Of a stretch of 64,000 nucleotides of DNA, positions 11,267-25,300 are shown one piece after another. Numbering within the stretch: the stretch's first letter is position 1; every line of letters starts with the position of its first letter. The stretch is from Macrostomum lignano (lineage: Eukaryota), in contig NIVC01003883.1 in assembly GCA_002269645.1 (NCBI GenBank), forward strand, positions 1-64,000. The letters run 5' to 3'. The notes under the pieces are model-generated. The model saw only the letters and a list, made by a program, of their open reading frames with translations, did not search any database and was not told the origin of the DNA. The position numbers and the translations under genes are program-made.

Positions 11267-12730
11267 GTAAGTGCAAGCTGGAGTTCAGTTCCAATACCCA
11301 ATGTAAGTGCAAGCTGGAATTTAGTTCCAATACCCAATGCAATTGCAAGCTGGAATTTAGCTCCAATACCCTATGTAAGTGCAAGCTGGAATTTAGTTCC
11401 AATACCCAATGTAAGTGCAAGCTGGAATTTAGTTCCAATACCCAATGCAATTGCAAGCTGGAATTTAGCTCCAATACCCTATGTAAGTGCAAGCTGGAAT
11501 TTAGTTCCAATACCCAATGTAAGTGCAAGCTGGAATTCAGTTCCAATACCCAATGTAAGTGCAAGCTGGAATTTAGTTCCAATACCCAATGCAATTGCAA
11601 GCTGGAATTTAGCTCCAATACCCTATGTAAGTGCAAGCTGGAATTTAGTTCCAATACCCAATGCAAGTGCAAGCTGGAGTTCAGTTCCAATACCCAATGT
11701 AAGTGCAAGCTGGAAATTCAGCTCCAGTGAACTTGTGATCATCTTCTGTCTTATGTCGCAGATATCCTGGTGCGGGCCTCGATGCGAGCTTCAAGAGATG
11801 GAACATCATGTGCGAGGATGACGGATCCAAGAAGCCGATTGGCGAGGGTGGCTTCGGCAAGGTGTACAAGGCCATCACGGACAAGCACCAGTTCGTGGCC
11901 GTTAAGGTTGTGCAGCTGCGGGGCCTGATGAGCGAGCAGACGACTCGCATCGTGTCCCAAGAGAAGAAGGGCATCGAGATCCTCAGCGGCCTCAAGCATC
12001 CCAATATCTTGGTGTTCCTCAAGTGCGAACAGGCTCCGAACGGCGACTTCTGCATCTTCACGGAGCTCATCTCCGGTGTCAGTCTGTGCGACTTGATGAG
12101 GCGCCAGAAGCAGCCATTCGAGGAGGCTGGAATCTGCAAATTTTCACGCCAGGTAACTAAAACGTTTTTTGTGAGATTTTATGCTCAGTCAAAGTTAATC
12201 TTCGCTGAGAACTGTGAAAGGGATTTGATTATACGCGTTCATACCTGTCACTTGTCTAGATTTGCGATGCCTTGAACTTCCTGCACAGCCGGAAGGTGCT
12301 GCACCGAGATATCAAGTGCTCCAACATTATGCTTTCCAACGAGGGCATCATCAAGCTGATCGACTTCGGCCTGGCTAAGGAGATTTTCACCACCACGGTG
12401 GCCTACTCGAGCTCCAGCCAGTGCGGCACGCTGTGCTTCATGGCGCCCGAGCTGCTGGACTGCAGCGCCGACCGCGTGATTTACTCCACCAAGTCTGATG
12501 TGTGGGCCTTCGGCTGCACAGTGTACGAGATGGCGTGCATCCTCCCGCCCAACTGCCGGCTGCCGCAGGGCCTGATGATCAACGCCATCGTCTCCAAGCC
12601 CATGCCGGATCTGCCGTCCAAAGCCTCCAGGAACCTGCGAGACTTCTACGCCAAGTGCGTCATCAAGGACCCGAGCACGCGGCCCAGCATGGAAGGCCTC
12701 CTGCGGCACCCTTTCCTGGCGGGCCGCTGA
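9486..12730 (+). CDS. Ankyrin-repeat / Ser-Thr protein kinase fusion, join(9486..11266,11762..12152,12260..12730), 880 aa
   Basis: ATG in GCCATGG context at 9486. Donor CCAAT|GTAAGT (11267) and acceptor tcgcag|AT (11761) join in frame (phase 2). Donor CAG|GTAACT (12153) and acceptor tctag|ATT (12259) join FSRQ|ICDALNFLHSRKVLHRDIK in phase 0. Total 2643 nt = 881 codons including the stop. Confidence 0.88.
11267..11727 (+). repeat. 36-bp tandem array filling intron 1; each unit starts with a 5' splice-site copy
   Basis: Unit GTAAGTGCAAGCTGGAATTTAGTTCCAATACCCAAT at 11267+36n (12 full + 1 partial). Nine units begin GTAAGT, three GCAATT and one GCAAGT. Confidence 0.97.
11762..12730 (+). CDS. Exons 2-3: protein kinase domain (STE/MAP3K-like signature), intron 12153-12259
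   Basis: GEGGFGKVY, VAVK, HRDIKCSN, DFG, GTLCFMAPE, SDVWAFG and TRPS motifs are all intact. Confidence 0.93.
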
Positions 12731-13380
12731 GGCCAAACATTGTGGGCTGCCATCGTCTTAAACTGCTCCCGTATCAGCCTTAACTCTTCATTAACTATTT
12801 CAAAACGGACATGGCTGTGCTTTCACAGTTAAATTCCCCTTCCATCGGAAGCTTTTTCATTTGCCAGAAGTATGTAAGTGTTCAGACTATTCAGAGAGTA
12901 GGGGTGGGGACTCGCTCCGTTGCCGTAGCTTACGATTTCCTTTTGAGAGACTCGGATCGATTACTCAATACTAATTTCTACCCGCAAGTGAGCTATGGAA
13001 GCCGAGACGACGAAAGTTGTCGAAGCTCAAGTCTTAGATACCGTTTCCGTGCCATAAAAATGTCAGAATTTTTATTTTTAACACATAACTCATCCTAACT
13101 GCTAATCCTGACTTCCTGGAGACACTGAGCCAATTCAAAACCCGATTAATTATTTAGATCGGCTCGATTCTCTCTGTAAAAAAGATGTTCCACTACGAGC
13201 GTACTGTCATTGCACCCATTTTTATTGATGATATCTAGCAACAGCCCGTCAGTGTTTTCTGTGCCGTAAAAAGCTTTTGCACATCGCTAAGGTACGGGCG
13301 ACTCAATTACCCAAAATTATTCGCCGTCCACCTTGTTTAAATTTTTTTGGACTTCCACGGTTGAGTATTATGTACCGGAA

Positions 13381-16300
13381 TGACTCAGACAGATGCTTCA
13401 TGACTGAAACTGATGCCTCATGACTGAAACTGATGCCTCATGACTGAAACTGATGCCTCATGACTGAAACTGATGCCTCATGGCTCAGACAGATGCTTCA
13501 TGACTGAAACTGATGTCTCATGACTCAGACAGATGCTTCATGACTGAAACTGATGCCTCATGACTCAGACAGATGCTTCATGACTGAAACTGATGCATCA
13601 TGACTCAGACAGATGCTTCATGACTGAAACTGATGCCTCATGACTGAAACTGATGCCTCATGACTGAAACTGATGCCTCATGACTGAAACTGATGCTTCA
13701 TGACTGAAACTGATGCCTCATGACTGAAACTGATGCCTCATGACTGAAACTGATGCCTCATGACTGAAACTGATGCCTCATGGCTCAGACAGATGCTTCA
13801 TGACTGAAACTGATGCCTCATGACTCAGAAAGATGCTTTCATGACTAAAACTGATGCCTCATGACTGAAACTGATGCCTCATGACTGAAACTGATGCCTC
13901 ATGACTCAGACAGATGCTTCATGACTGAAACTGATGTCTCATGACTCAGACAGATGCTTTCATGACTAAAACTGATGCCTCATGACTGAAACTGATGTTT
14001 AATGACTGAAACTGATACCTCATGACTCAGACAGATGCTTTCATGACTGAAACTGATGTCTCATGACTCAGACAGATGCTTTCATGACTAAAACTGATGC
14101 CTCATGACTGAAACTGATGCCTCATGACTGAAACTGATGCCTCATGGCTCAGACAGATGCTTCATGACTGAAACTGATGCCTCATGACTCAGACAGATGC
14201 TTCATGACTGAAACTGATGCCTCATGACTGAAACTGATGCTTCATGACTGAAACTGATGCCTCATGACTGAAACTGATGCCTCATGACTGAAACTGATGC
14301 CTCATGACTGAAACTGATGCCTCATGACTCAGACAGATGCTTCATGACTGAAACTGATGCCTCATGACTCAGACAGATGCTTTCATGACTAAAACTGATG
14401 CCTCATGACTGAAACTGATGCCTCATGACTGAAACTGATGCCTCATGGCTCAGACAGATGCTTCATGACTGAAACTGATGTCTCATGACTCAGACAGATG
14501 CTTCATGACTGAAACTGATGCCTCATGACTCAGACAGATGCCTCATGACTTAAACTGATGTTTCATGACTGAAACTGATGTTTCATGGCTGAAACTGATG
14601 CCTCATGACTCAGACAGATGCTTCATGACTGAAACTGATGCCTCATGACTCAGACAGATGCTTCATGACTGAAACTGATGCCTCATGACTGAAACTGATG
14701 CCTCATGACTGAAACTGATGCCTCATGACTCAGACAGATGCTTCATGACTGAAACTGATGCCTCATGACTCAGACAGATGCTTTCATGACTAAAACTGAT
14801 GCCTCATGACTGAAACTGATGCCTCATGACTGAAACTGATGCCTCATGGCTCAGACAGATGCTTCATGACTGAAACTGATGTCTCATGACTCAGACAGAT
14901 GCTTCATGACTGAAACTGATGCCTCATGACTCAGACAGATGCCTCATGACTTAAACTGATGTTTCATGACTGAAACTGATGTTTCATGGCTGAAACTGAT
15001 GCCTCATGACTCAGACAGATGCTTCATGACTGAAACTGATGCCTCATGACTCAGACAGATGCTTTCATGACTAAAACTGATGCCTCATGACTGAAACTGA
15101 TGCCTCATGACTGAAACTGATGCCTCATGGCTCAGACAGATGCTTCATGACTGAAACTGATGTCTCATGACTCAGACAGATGCTTCATGACTGAAACTGA
15201 TGCCTCATGACTCAGACAGATGCCTCATGACTTAAACTGATGTTTCATGACTGAAACTGATGTTTCATGGCTGAAACTGATGCCTCATGACTCAGACAGA
15301 TGCTTCATGACTGAAACTGATGCCTCATGACTCAGACAGATGCTTCATGACTGAAACTGATGCCTCATGACTGAAACTGATGCCTCATGACTGAAACTGA
15401 TGCCTCATGACTCAGACAGATGCTTTCATGACTGAAACTGATGCCTCATGACTCAGACAGATGCTTCATGACTAAAAATGATGCCTCATGACTGAAACTG
15501 ATGTTTCATGACTGAAACTGATGCCTCATGACTCAGACAGATGCTTGATGACTGAAACTGATGCCTCATGACTCAGACAGATGCTTTCATGACTAAAACT
15601 GATGCCTCATGACTGAAACTGATGTTTAATGACTGAAACTGATACCTCATGACTCAGACAGATGCTTTCATGACTGAAACTGATGTCTCATGACTCAGAC
15701 AGATGCTTTCATGACTAAAACTGATGCCTCATGACTGAAACTGATGCCTCATGACTGAAACTGATGCCTCATGGCTCAGACAGATGCTTCATGACTGAAA
15801 CTGATGCCTCATGACTCAGACAGATGCTTCATGACTGAAACTGATGCCTCATGACTGAAACTGATGCTTCATGACTGAAACTGATGCCTCATGACTGAAA
15901 CTGATGCCTCATGACTGAAACTGATGCCTCATGACTGAAACTGATGCCTCATGACTCAGACAGATGCTTCATGACTGAAACTGATGCCTCATGACTCAGA
16001 CAGATGCTTTCATGACTAAAACTGATGCCTCATGACTGAAACTGATGCCTCATGACTGAAACTGATGCCTCATGGCTCAGACAGATGCTTCATGACTGAA
16101 ACTGATGTCTCATGACTCAGACAGATGCTTCATGACTGAAACTGATGCCTCATGACTCAGACAGATGCCTCATGACTTAAACTGATGTTTCATGACTGAA
16201 ACTGATGCCTCATGACTGAAACTGATGCCTCATGGCTCAGACAGATGCTTCATGACTGAAACTGATGTCTCATGACTCAGACAGATGCTTCATGACTGAA

Positions 16301-19300
16301 ACTGATGCCTCATGACTCAGACAGATGCCTCATGACTAAACTGATGTCATGACTGAAACTGATGTTTCATGGCTGAAACTGATGCCTCATGACTCAGACA
16401 GATGCTTCATGACTGAAACTGATGCCTCATGACTCAGACAGATGCTTCATGACTGAAACTGATGCCTCATGACTCAGACAGATGCTTTCATGACTAAACT
16501 GATGCCTCATGACTGAAACTGATGCTCATGACTGAAACTGATGCCTCATGACTCAGACAGATGCTTCATGACTGAAACTGATGCCTCATGACTCAGACAG
16601 ATGCTTTCATGACTAAAACTGATGCCTCATGACTGAAACTGATGCCTCATGACTGAAACTGATGCCTCATGACTCAGACAGATGCTTCATGACTGAAACT
16701 GATGCCTCATGACTCAGACAGATGCTTCATGACTGAAACTGATGCCTCATGACTCAGACAGATGCCTCATGACTGAAACTGATGTTTCATGGCTGAAACT
16801 GATGCCTCATGACTCAGACAGATGCTTTCATGACTAAAACTGATGCCTCATGACTGAAACTGATGTTTCATGACTGAAACTGATGCCTCATGACTCAGAC
16901 AGATGCTTTCATGACTGAAACTGATGTCTCATGACTCAGACAGATGCTTTCATGACTAAAACTGATGCCTCATGACTGAAACTGATGCCTCATGACTCAG
17001 ACAGATGCTTCATGACTGAAACTGATGCCTCATGACTCAGACAGATGCTTCATGACTGAAACTGATGCCTCATGACTCAGACAGATGCTTCATGACTGAA
17101 ACTGATGCCTCATGACTCAGACAGATGCTTCATGACTGAAACTGATGCCTCATGACTGAAACTGATGCTCATGACTGAAACTGATGCCTCATGACTCAGA
17201 CAGATGCTTCATGACTGAAACTGATGCCTCATGACTCAGACAGATGCTTCATGACTAAACTGATGCCTCATGACTGAAACTGATGTTCATGACTGAAACT
17301 GATGCCTCATGACTCAGACAGATGCTTCATGACTGAAACTGATGCCTCATGACTCAGACAGATGCTTCATGACTGAAACTGATGCCTCATGACTGAAACT
17401 GATGCCTCATGACTGAAACTGATGCCTCATGACTCAGACAGATGCTTCATGACTGAAACTGATGCCTCATGACTCAGACAGATGCTTTCATGACTAAAAC
17501 TGATGCCTCATGACTGAAACTGATGCCTCATGACTGAAACTGATGCCTCATGCTCAGACAGATGCTTCATGACTGAAACTGATGCTCATGACTCAGACAG
17601 ATGCTTCATGACTGAAACTGATGCCTCATGACTCAGACAGATGCCTCATGACTTAAACTGATGTCATGACTGAAACTGATGTTTCATGACTGAAACTGAT
17701 GCCTCATGACTCAGACAGATGCTTCATGACTGAAACTGATGCCTCATGACTCAGACAGATGCTTTCATGACTAAAACTGATGCCTCATGACTGAAACTGA
17801 TGCCTCATGACTGAAACTGATGCCTCATGACTCAGACAGATGCTTCATGACTGAAACTGATGCTCATGACTCAGACAGATGCTTCATGACTGAAACTGAT
17901 GCCTCATGACTCAGACAGATGCCTCATGACTTAAACTGATGTCATGACTGAAACTGATGTTTCATGGCTGAAACTGATGCCTCATGACTCAGACAGATGC
18001 TTCATGACTGAAACTGATGCCTCATGACTCAGACAGATGCTTCATGACTGAAACTGATGCCTCATGACTGAAACTGATGCCTCATGACTGAAACTGATGC
18101 CTCATGACTCAGACAGATGCTTCATGACTGAAACTGATGCCTCATGACTCAGACAGATGCTTCATGACTAAAACTGATGCCTCATGACTGAAACTGATGT
18201 TTCATGACTGAAACTGATGCCTCATGACTCAGACAGATGCTTCATGACTGAAACTGATGCCTCATGACTCAGACAGATGCTTCATGACTAAAACTGATGC
18301 CTCATGACTGAAACTGATGTTTATGACTGAAACTGATGCCTCATGACTCAGACAGATGCTTCATGACTGAAACTGATGCTCATGACTCAGACAGATGCTT
18401 TCATGACTAAAACTGATGCCTCATGACTGAAACTGATGCCTCATGACTGAAACTGATGCCTCATGACTCAGACAGATGCTTCATGACTGAAACTGATGCC
18501 TCATGACTCAGACAGATGCTTCATGACTGAAACTGATGCCTCATGACTGAAACTGATGCTTCATGACTGAAACTGATGCCTCATGACTGAAACTGATGCC
18601 TCATGACTGAAACTGATGCCTCATGACTGAAACTGATGCCTCATGACTCAGACAGATGCTTCATGACTGAAACTGATGCCTCATGACTCAGACAGATGCT
18701 TTCATGACTAAAACTGATGCCTCATGACTGAAACTGATGCCTCATGACTGAAACTGATGCCTCATGACTCAGACAGATGCTTCATGACTGAAACTGATGC
18801 TCATGACTCAGACAGATGCTTCATGACTGAAACTGATGCCTCATGACTCAGACAGATGCCTCATGACTGAAACTGATGTCATGACTGAAACTGATGTTTC
18901 ATGACTGAAACTGATGCCTCATGACTCAGACAGATGCTTCATGACTGAAACTGATGCCTCATGACTCAGACAGATGCTTCATGACTAAACTGATGCCTCA
19001 TGACTGAAACTGATGCCTCATGACTGAAACTGATGCCTCATGACTCAGACAGATGCTTCATGACTGAAACTGATGCTCATGACTCAGACAGATGCTTCAT
19101 GACTGAAACTGATGCCTCATGACTCAGACAGATGCCTCATGACTAAACTGATGTCATGACTGAAACTGATGTTCATGACTGAAACTGATGCCTCATGACT
19201 CAGACAGATGCTTCATGACTGAAACTGATGCCTCATGACTCAGACAGATGCTTCATGACTGAAACTGATGCCTCATGACTGAAACTGATGCCTCATGACT

Positions 19301-22300
19301 GAAACTGATGCCTCATGACTCAGACAGATGCTTCATGACTGAAACTGATGCCTCATGACTCAGACAGATGCTTCATGACTGAAACTGATGCCTCATGACT
19401 CAGACAGATGCTTCATGACTGAAACTGATGCCTCATGACTGAAACTGATGCCTCATGACTGAAACTGATGCCTCATGACTCAGACAGATGCTTCATGACT
19501 GAAACTGATGCCTCATGACTCAGACAGATGCTTCATGACTAAACTGATGCCTCATGACTGAAACTGATGTTTCATGACTGAAACTGATGCCTCATGACTC
19601 AGACAGATGCTTGATGACTGAAACTGATGCCTCATGACTCAGACAGATGCTTCATGACTGAAACTGATGCCTCATGACTGAAACTGATGCCTCATGACTG
19701 AAACTGATGCCTCATGACTCAGACAGATGCTTCATGACTGAAACTGATGCCTCATGACTCAGACAGATGCTTCATGACTAAAACTGATGCCTCATGACTG
19801 AAACTGATGTTCATGACTGAAACTGATGCCTCATGACTCAGACAGATGCTTCATGACTGAAACTGATGCCTCATGACTCAGACAGATGCTTCATGACTGA
19901 AACTGATGCATCATGACTCAGACAGATGCTTAAAACTGATAACTGATGCCTCATGACTGAAACTGATGCCTCATGACTGAAACTGATGCCTCATGACTCA
20001 GACAGATGCTTCATGACTGAAACTGATGCCTCATGACTCAGACAGATGCTTTCATGACTAAAACTGATGCCTCATGACTGAAACTGATGCCTCATGACTG
20101 AAACTGATGCCTCATGACTCAGACAGATGCTTCATGACTGAAACTGATGCTCATGACTCAGACAGATGCTTCATGACTGAAACTGATGCCTCATGACTCA
20201 GACAGATGCCTCATGACTGAAACTGATGTTTCATGGCTGAAACTGATGCCTCATGACTCAGACAGATGCTTCATGACTAAACTGATGCCTCATGACTGAA
20301 ACTGATGTTCATGACTGAAACTGATGCCTCATGACTCAGACAGATGCTTCATGACTGAAACTGATGCTCATGACTCAGACAGATGCTTTCATGACTAAAA
20401 CTGATGCCTCATGACTGAAACTGATGCCTCATGGCTCAGACAGATGCTTCATGACTGAAACTGATGTCTCATGACTCAGACAGATGCTTCATGACTGAAA
20501 CTGATGCCTCATGACTCAGACAGATGCTCATGACTAAACTGATGTCATGACTGAAACTGATGTTTCATGACTGAAACTGATGCCTCATGACTCAGACAGA
20601 TGCTTCATGACTGAAACTGATGCCTCATGACTCAGACAGATGCTTTCATGACTAAAACTGATGCCTCATGACTGAAACTGATGCCTCATGACTGAAACTG
20701 ATGCCTCATGGCTCAGACAGATGCTTCATGACTGAAACTGATGTCTCATGACTCAGACAGATGCTTCATGACTGAAACTGATGCCTCATGACTCAGACAG
20801 ATGCCTCATGACTAAACTGATGTCATGACTGAAACTGATGTTTCATGCTGAAACTGATGCCTCATGACTCAGACAGATGCTTCATGACTGAAACTGATGC
20901 CTCATGACTCAGACAGATGCTTCATGACTGAAACTGATGCCTCATGACTGAAACTGATGCTCATGACTGAAACTGATGCCTCATGACTCAGACAGATGCT
21001 TCATGACTGAAACTGATGCCTCATGACTCAGACAGATGCTTTCATGACTAAAACTGATGCCTCATGACTGAAACTGATGTTTCATGACTGAAACTGATGC
21101 CTCATGACTCAGACAGATGCTTCATGACTGAAACTGATGCCTCATGACTCAGACAGATGCTTCATGACTAAAACTGATGCCTCATGACTGAAACTGATGT
21201 TTATGACTGAAACTGATGCCTCATGACTCAGACAGATGCTTCATGACTGAAACTGATGCCTCATGACTCAGACAGATGCTTTCATGACTAAAACTGATGC
21301 CTCATGACTGAAACTGATGCCTCATGACTGAAACTGATGCCTCATGACTCAGACAGATGCTTCATGACTGAAACTGATGCCTCATGACTCAGACAGATGC
21401 TTCATGACTGAAACTGATGCCTCATGACTGAAACTGATGCTTCATGACTGAAACTGATGCCTCATGACTGAAACTGATGCCTCATGACTGAAACTGATGC
21501 CTCATGACTGAAACTGATGCCTCATGACTCAGACAGATGCTTCATGACTGAAACTGATGCCTCATGACTCAGACAGATGCTTCATGACTGAAACTGATGC
21601 CTCATGACTCAGACAGATGCTTCATGACTGAAACTGATGCCTCATGACTCAGACAGATGCTTCATGACTGAAACTGATGCCTCATGACTGAAACTGATGC
21701 TCATGACTGAAACTGATGCCTCATGACTGAAACTGATGCTTCATGACTGAAACTGATGCCTCATGACTGAAACTGATGCCTCATGACTGAAACTGATGCC
21801 TCATGACTGAAACTGATGCCTCATGACTCAGACAGATGCTTCATGACTGAAACTGATGCCTCATGACTCAGACAGATGCTTCATGACTAAACTGATGCCT
21901 CATGACTGAAACTGATGCCTCATGACTGAAACTGATGCCTCATGACTCAGACAGATGCTTCATGACTGAAACTGATGCCTCATGACTCAGACAGATGCTT
22001 CATGACTGAAACTGATGCCTCATGACTCAGACAGATGCTCATGACTGAAACTGATGTCATGACTGAAACTGATGTTCATGACTGAAACTGATGCCTCATG
22101 ACTCAGACAGATGCTTCATGACTGAAACTGATGCCTCATGACTCAGACAGATGCTTCATGACTGAAACTGATGCCTCATGACTCAGACAGATGCTTCATG
22201 ACTGAAACTGATGCCTCATGACTCAGACAGATGCTTCATGACTAAAACTGATGCCTCATGACTGAAACTGATGCTTCATGACTGAAACTGATGCCTCATG

Positions 22301-25300
22301 ACTCAGACAGATGCTTCATGACTGAAACTGATGCCTCATGACTCAGACAGATGCTTCATGACTGAAACTGATGCCTCATGACTCAGACAGATGCTGACTG
22401 AAACTGATGCCTCATGACTGAAACTGATGCTCATGACTGAAACTGATGCCTCATGACTCAGACAGATGCTTCATGACTGAAACTGATGCCTCATGACTCA
22501 GACAGATGCTTTCATGACTAAAACTGATGCCTCATGACTGAAACTGATGCCTCATGACTGAAACTGATGCCTCATGACTCAGACAGATGCTTCATGACTG
22601 AAACTGATGCTCATGACTCAGACAGATGCTTCATGACTGAAACTGATGCCTCATGACTCAGACAGATGCCTCATGACTGAAACTGATGTTTCATGGCTGA
22701 AACTGATGCCTCATGACTCAGACAGATGCTTCATGACTGAAACTGATGCCTCATGACTGAAACTGATGCTTCATGACTGAAACTGATGCCTCATGACTCA
22801 GACAGATGCTTTCATGACTGAAACTGATGCCTCATGACTCAGACAGATGCTTCATGACTAAAACTGATGCCTCATGACTGAAACTGATGCCTCATGACTC
22901 AGACAGATGCTTCATGACTGAAACTGATGCCTCATGACTCAGACAGATGCTTCATGACTGAAACTGATGCCTCATGACTCAGACAGATGCTTCATGACTG
23001 AAACTGATGCCTCATGACTCAGACAGATGCTTCATGACTGAAACTGATGCCTCATGACTCAGACAGATGCTTCATGACTGAAACTGATGCCTCATGACTG
23101 AAACTGATGCTCATGACTGAAACTGATGCCTCATGACTCAGACAGATGCTTCATGACTGAAACTGATGCCTCATGACTCAGACAGATGCTTCATGACTAA
23201 ACTGATGCCTCATGACTGAAACTGATGTTCATGACTGAAACTGATGCCTCATGACTCAGACAGATGCTTCATGACTGAAACTGATGCCTCATGACTCAGA
23301 CAGATGCTTCATGACTGAAACTGATGCCTCATGACTGAAACTGATGCCTCATGACTGAAACTGATGCCTCATGACTCAGACAGATGCTTCATGACTGAAA
23401 CTGATGCCTCATGACTCAGACAGATGCTTCATGACTAAAACTGATGCCTCATGACTGAAACTGATGCCTCATGACTGAAACTGATGCCTCATGACTCAGA
23501 CAGATGCTTCATGACTGAAACTGATGTCTCATGACTCAGACAGATGCTTCATGACTGAAACTGATGCCTCATGACTCAGACAGATGCCTCATGACTAAAC
23601 TGATGTCATGACTGAAACTGATGTTTCATGACTGAAACTGATGCCTCATGACTCAGACAGATGCTTCATGACTGAAACTGATGCCTCATGACTCAGACAG
23701 ATGCTTCATGACTAAACTGATGCCTCATGACTGAAACTGATGCCTCATGACTGAAACTGATGCCTCATGACTCAGACAGATGCTTCATGACTGAAACTGA
23801 TGTCTCATGACTCAGACAGATGCTTCATGACTGAAACTGATGCCTCATGACTCAGACAGATGCCTCATGACTGAAACTGATGTCATGACTGAAACTGATG
23901 TTTCATGACTGAAACTGATGCCTCATGACTCAGACAGATGCTTCATGACTGAAACTGATGCCTCATGACTCAGACAGATGCTTCATGACTGAAACTGATG
24001 CCTCATGACTGAAACTGATGCCTCATGACTGAAACTGATGCCTCATGACTCAGACAGATGCTTCATGACTGAAACTGATGCCTCATGACTCAGACAGATG
24101 CTTCATGACTAAACTGATGCCTCATGACTGAAACTGATGTTCATGACTGAAACTGATGCCTCATGACTCAGACAGATGCTTCATGACTGAAACTGATGCC
24201 TCATGACTCAGACAGATGCTTCATGACTAAAACTGATGCCTCATGACTGAAACTGATGTTTCATGACTGAAACTGATGCCTCATGACTCAGACAGATGCT
24301 TCATGACTGAAACTGATGCTCATGACTCAGACAGATGCTTTCATGACTAAAACTGATGCCTCATGACTGAAACTGATGCCTCATGACTGAAACTGATGCC
24401 TCATGACTCAGACAGATGCTTCATGACTGAAACTGATGCCTCATGACTCAGACAGATGCTTCATGACTGAAACTGATGCCTCATGACTGAAACTGATGCT
24501 TCATGACTGAAACTGATGCCTCATGACTGAAACTGATGCCTCATGACTGAAACTGATGCCTCATGACTGAAACTGATGCCTCATGACTCAGACAGATGCT
24601 TCATGACTGAAACTGATGCCTCATGACTCAGACAGATGCTTTCATGACTAAAACTGATGCCTCATGACTGAAACTGATGCCTCATGACTGAAACTGATGC
24701 CTCATGACTCAGACAGATGCTTCATGACTGAAACTGATGCTCATGACTCAGACAGATGCTTCATGACTGAAACTGATGCCTCATGACTCAGACAGATGCC
24801 TCATGACTGAAACTGATGTCATGACTGAAACTGATGTTCATGACTGAAACTGATGCCTCATGACTCAGACAGATGCTTCATGACTGAAACTGATGCCTCA
24901 TGACTCAGACAGATGCTTCATGACTGAAACTGATGCCTCATGACTGAAACTGATGCCTCATGACTGAAACTGATGCCTCATGACTCAGACAGATGCTTCA
25001 TGACTGAAACTGATGCCTCATGACTCAGACAGATGCTTCATGACTAAAACTGATGCCTCATGACTGAAACTGATGCCTCATGACTGAAACTGATGCCTCA
25101 TGACTCAGACAGATGCTTCATGACTGAAACTGATGCTCATGACTCAGACAGATGCTTCATGACTGAAACTGATGCCTCATGACTCAGACAGATGCTCATG
25201 ACTAAACTGATGTCATGACTGAAACTGATGTTTCATGACTGAAACTGATGCCTCATGACTCAGACAGATGCTTCATGACTGAAACTGATGCCTCATGACT

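Noticed and set aside
11267-11727. Spliced-leader (SL) RNA gene array (36-nt unit with a GT donor)
   Set aside because: No Sm-binding site or intron-portion stem-loops, the unit is too short for an SL RNA gene, and it sits inside a phase-consistent intron.
10215-11730. 497-aa minus-strand ORF and 159-aa CKCKLEFSSNTQ ORF
   Set aside because: Antisense shadow of GC-rich coding sequence plus translation of the 36-bp intronic repeat.
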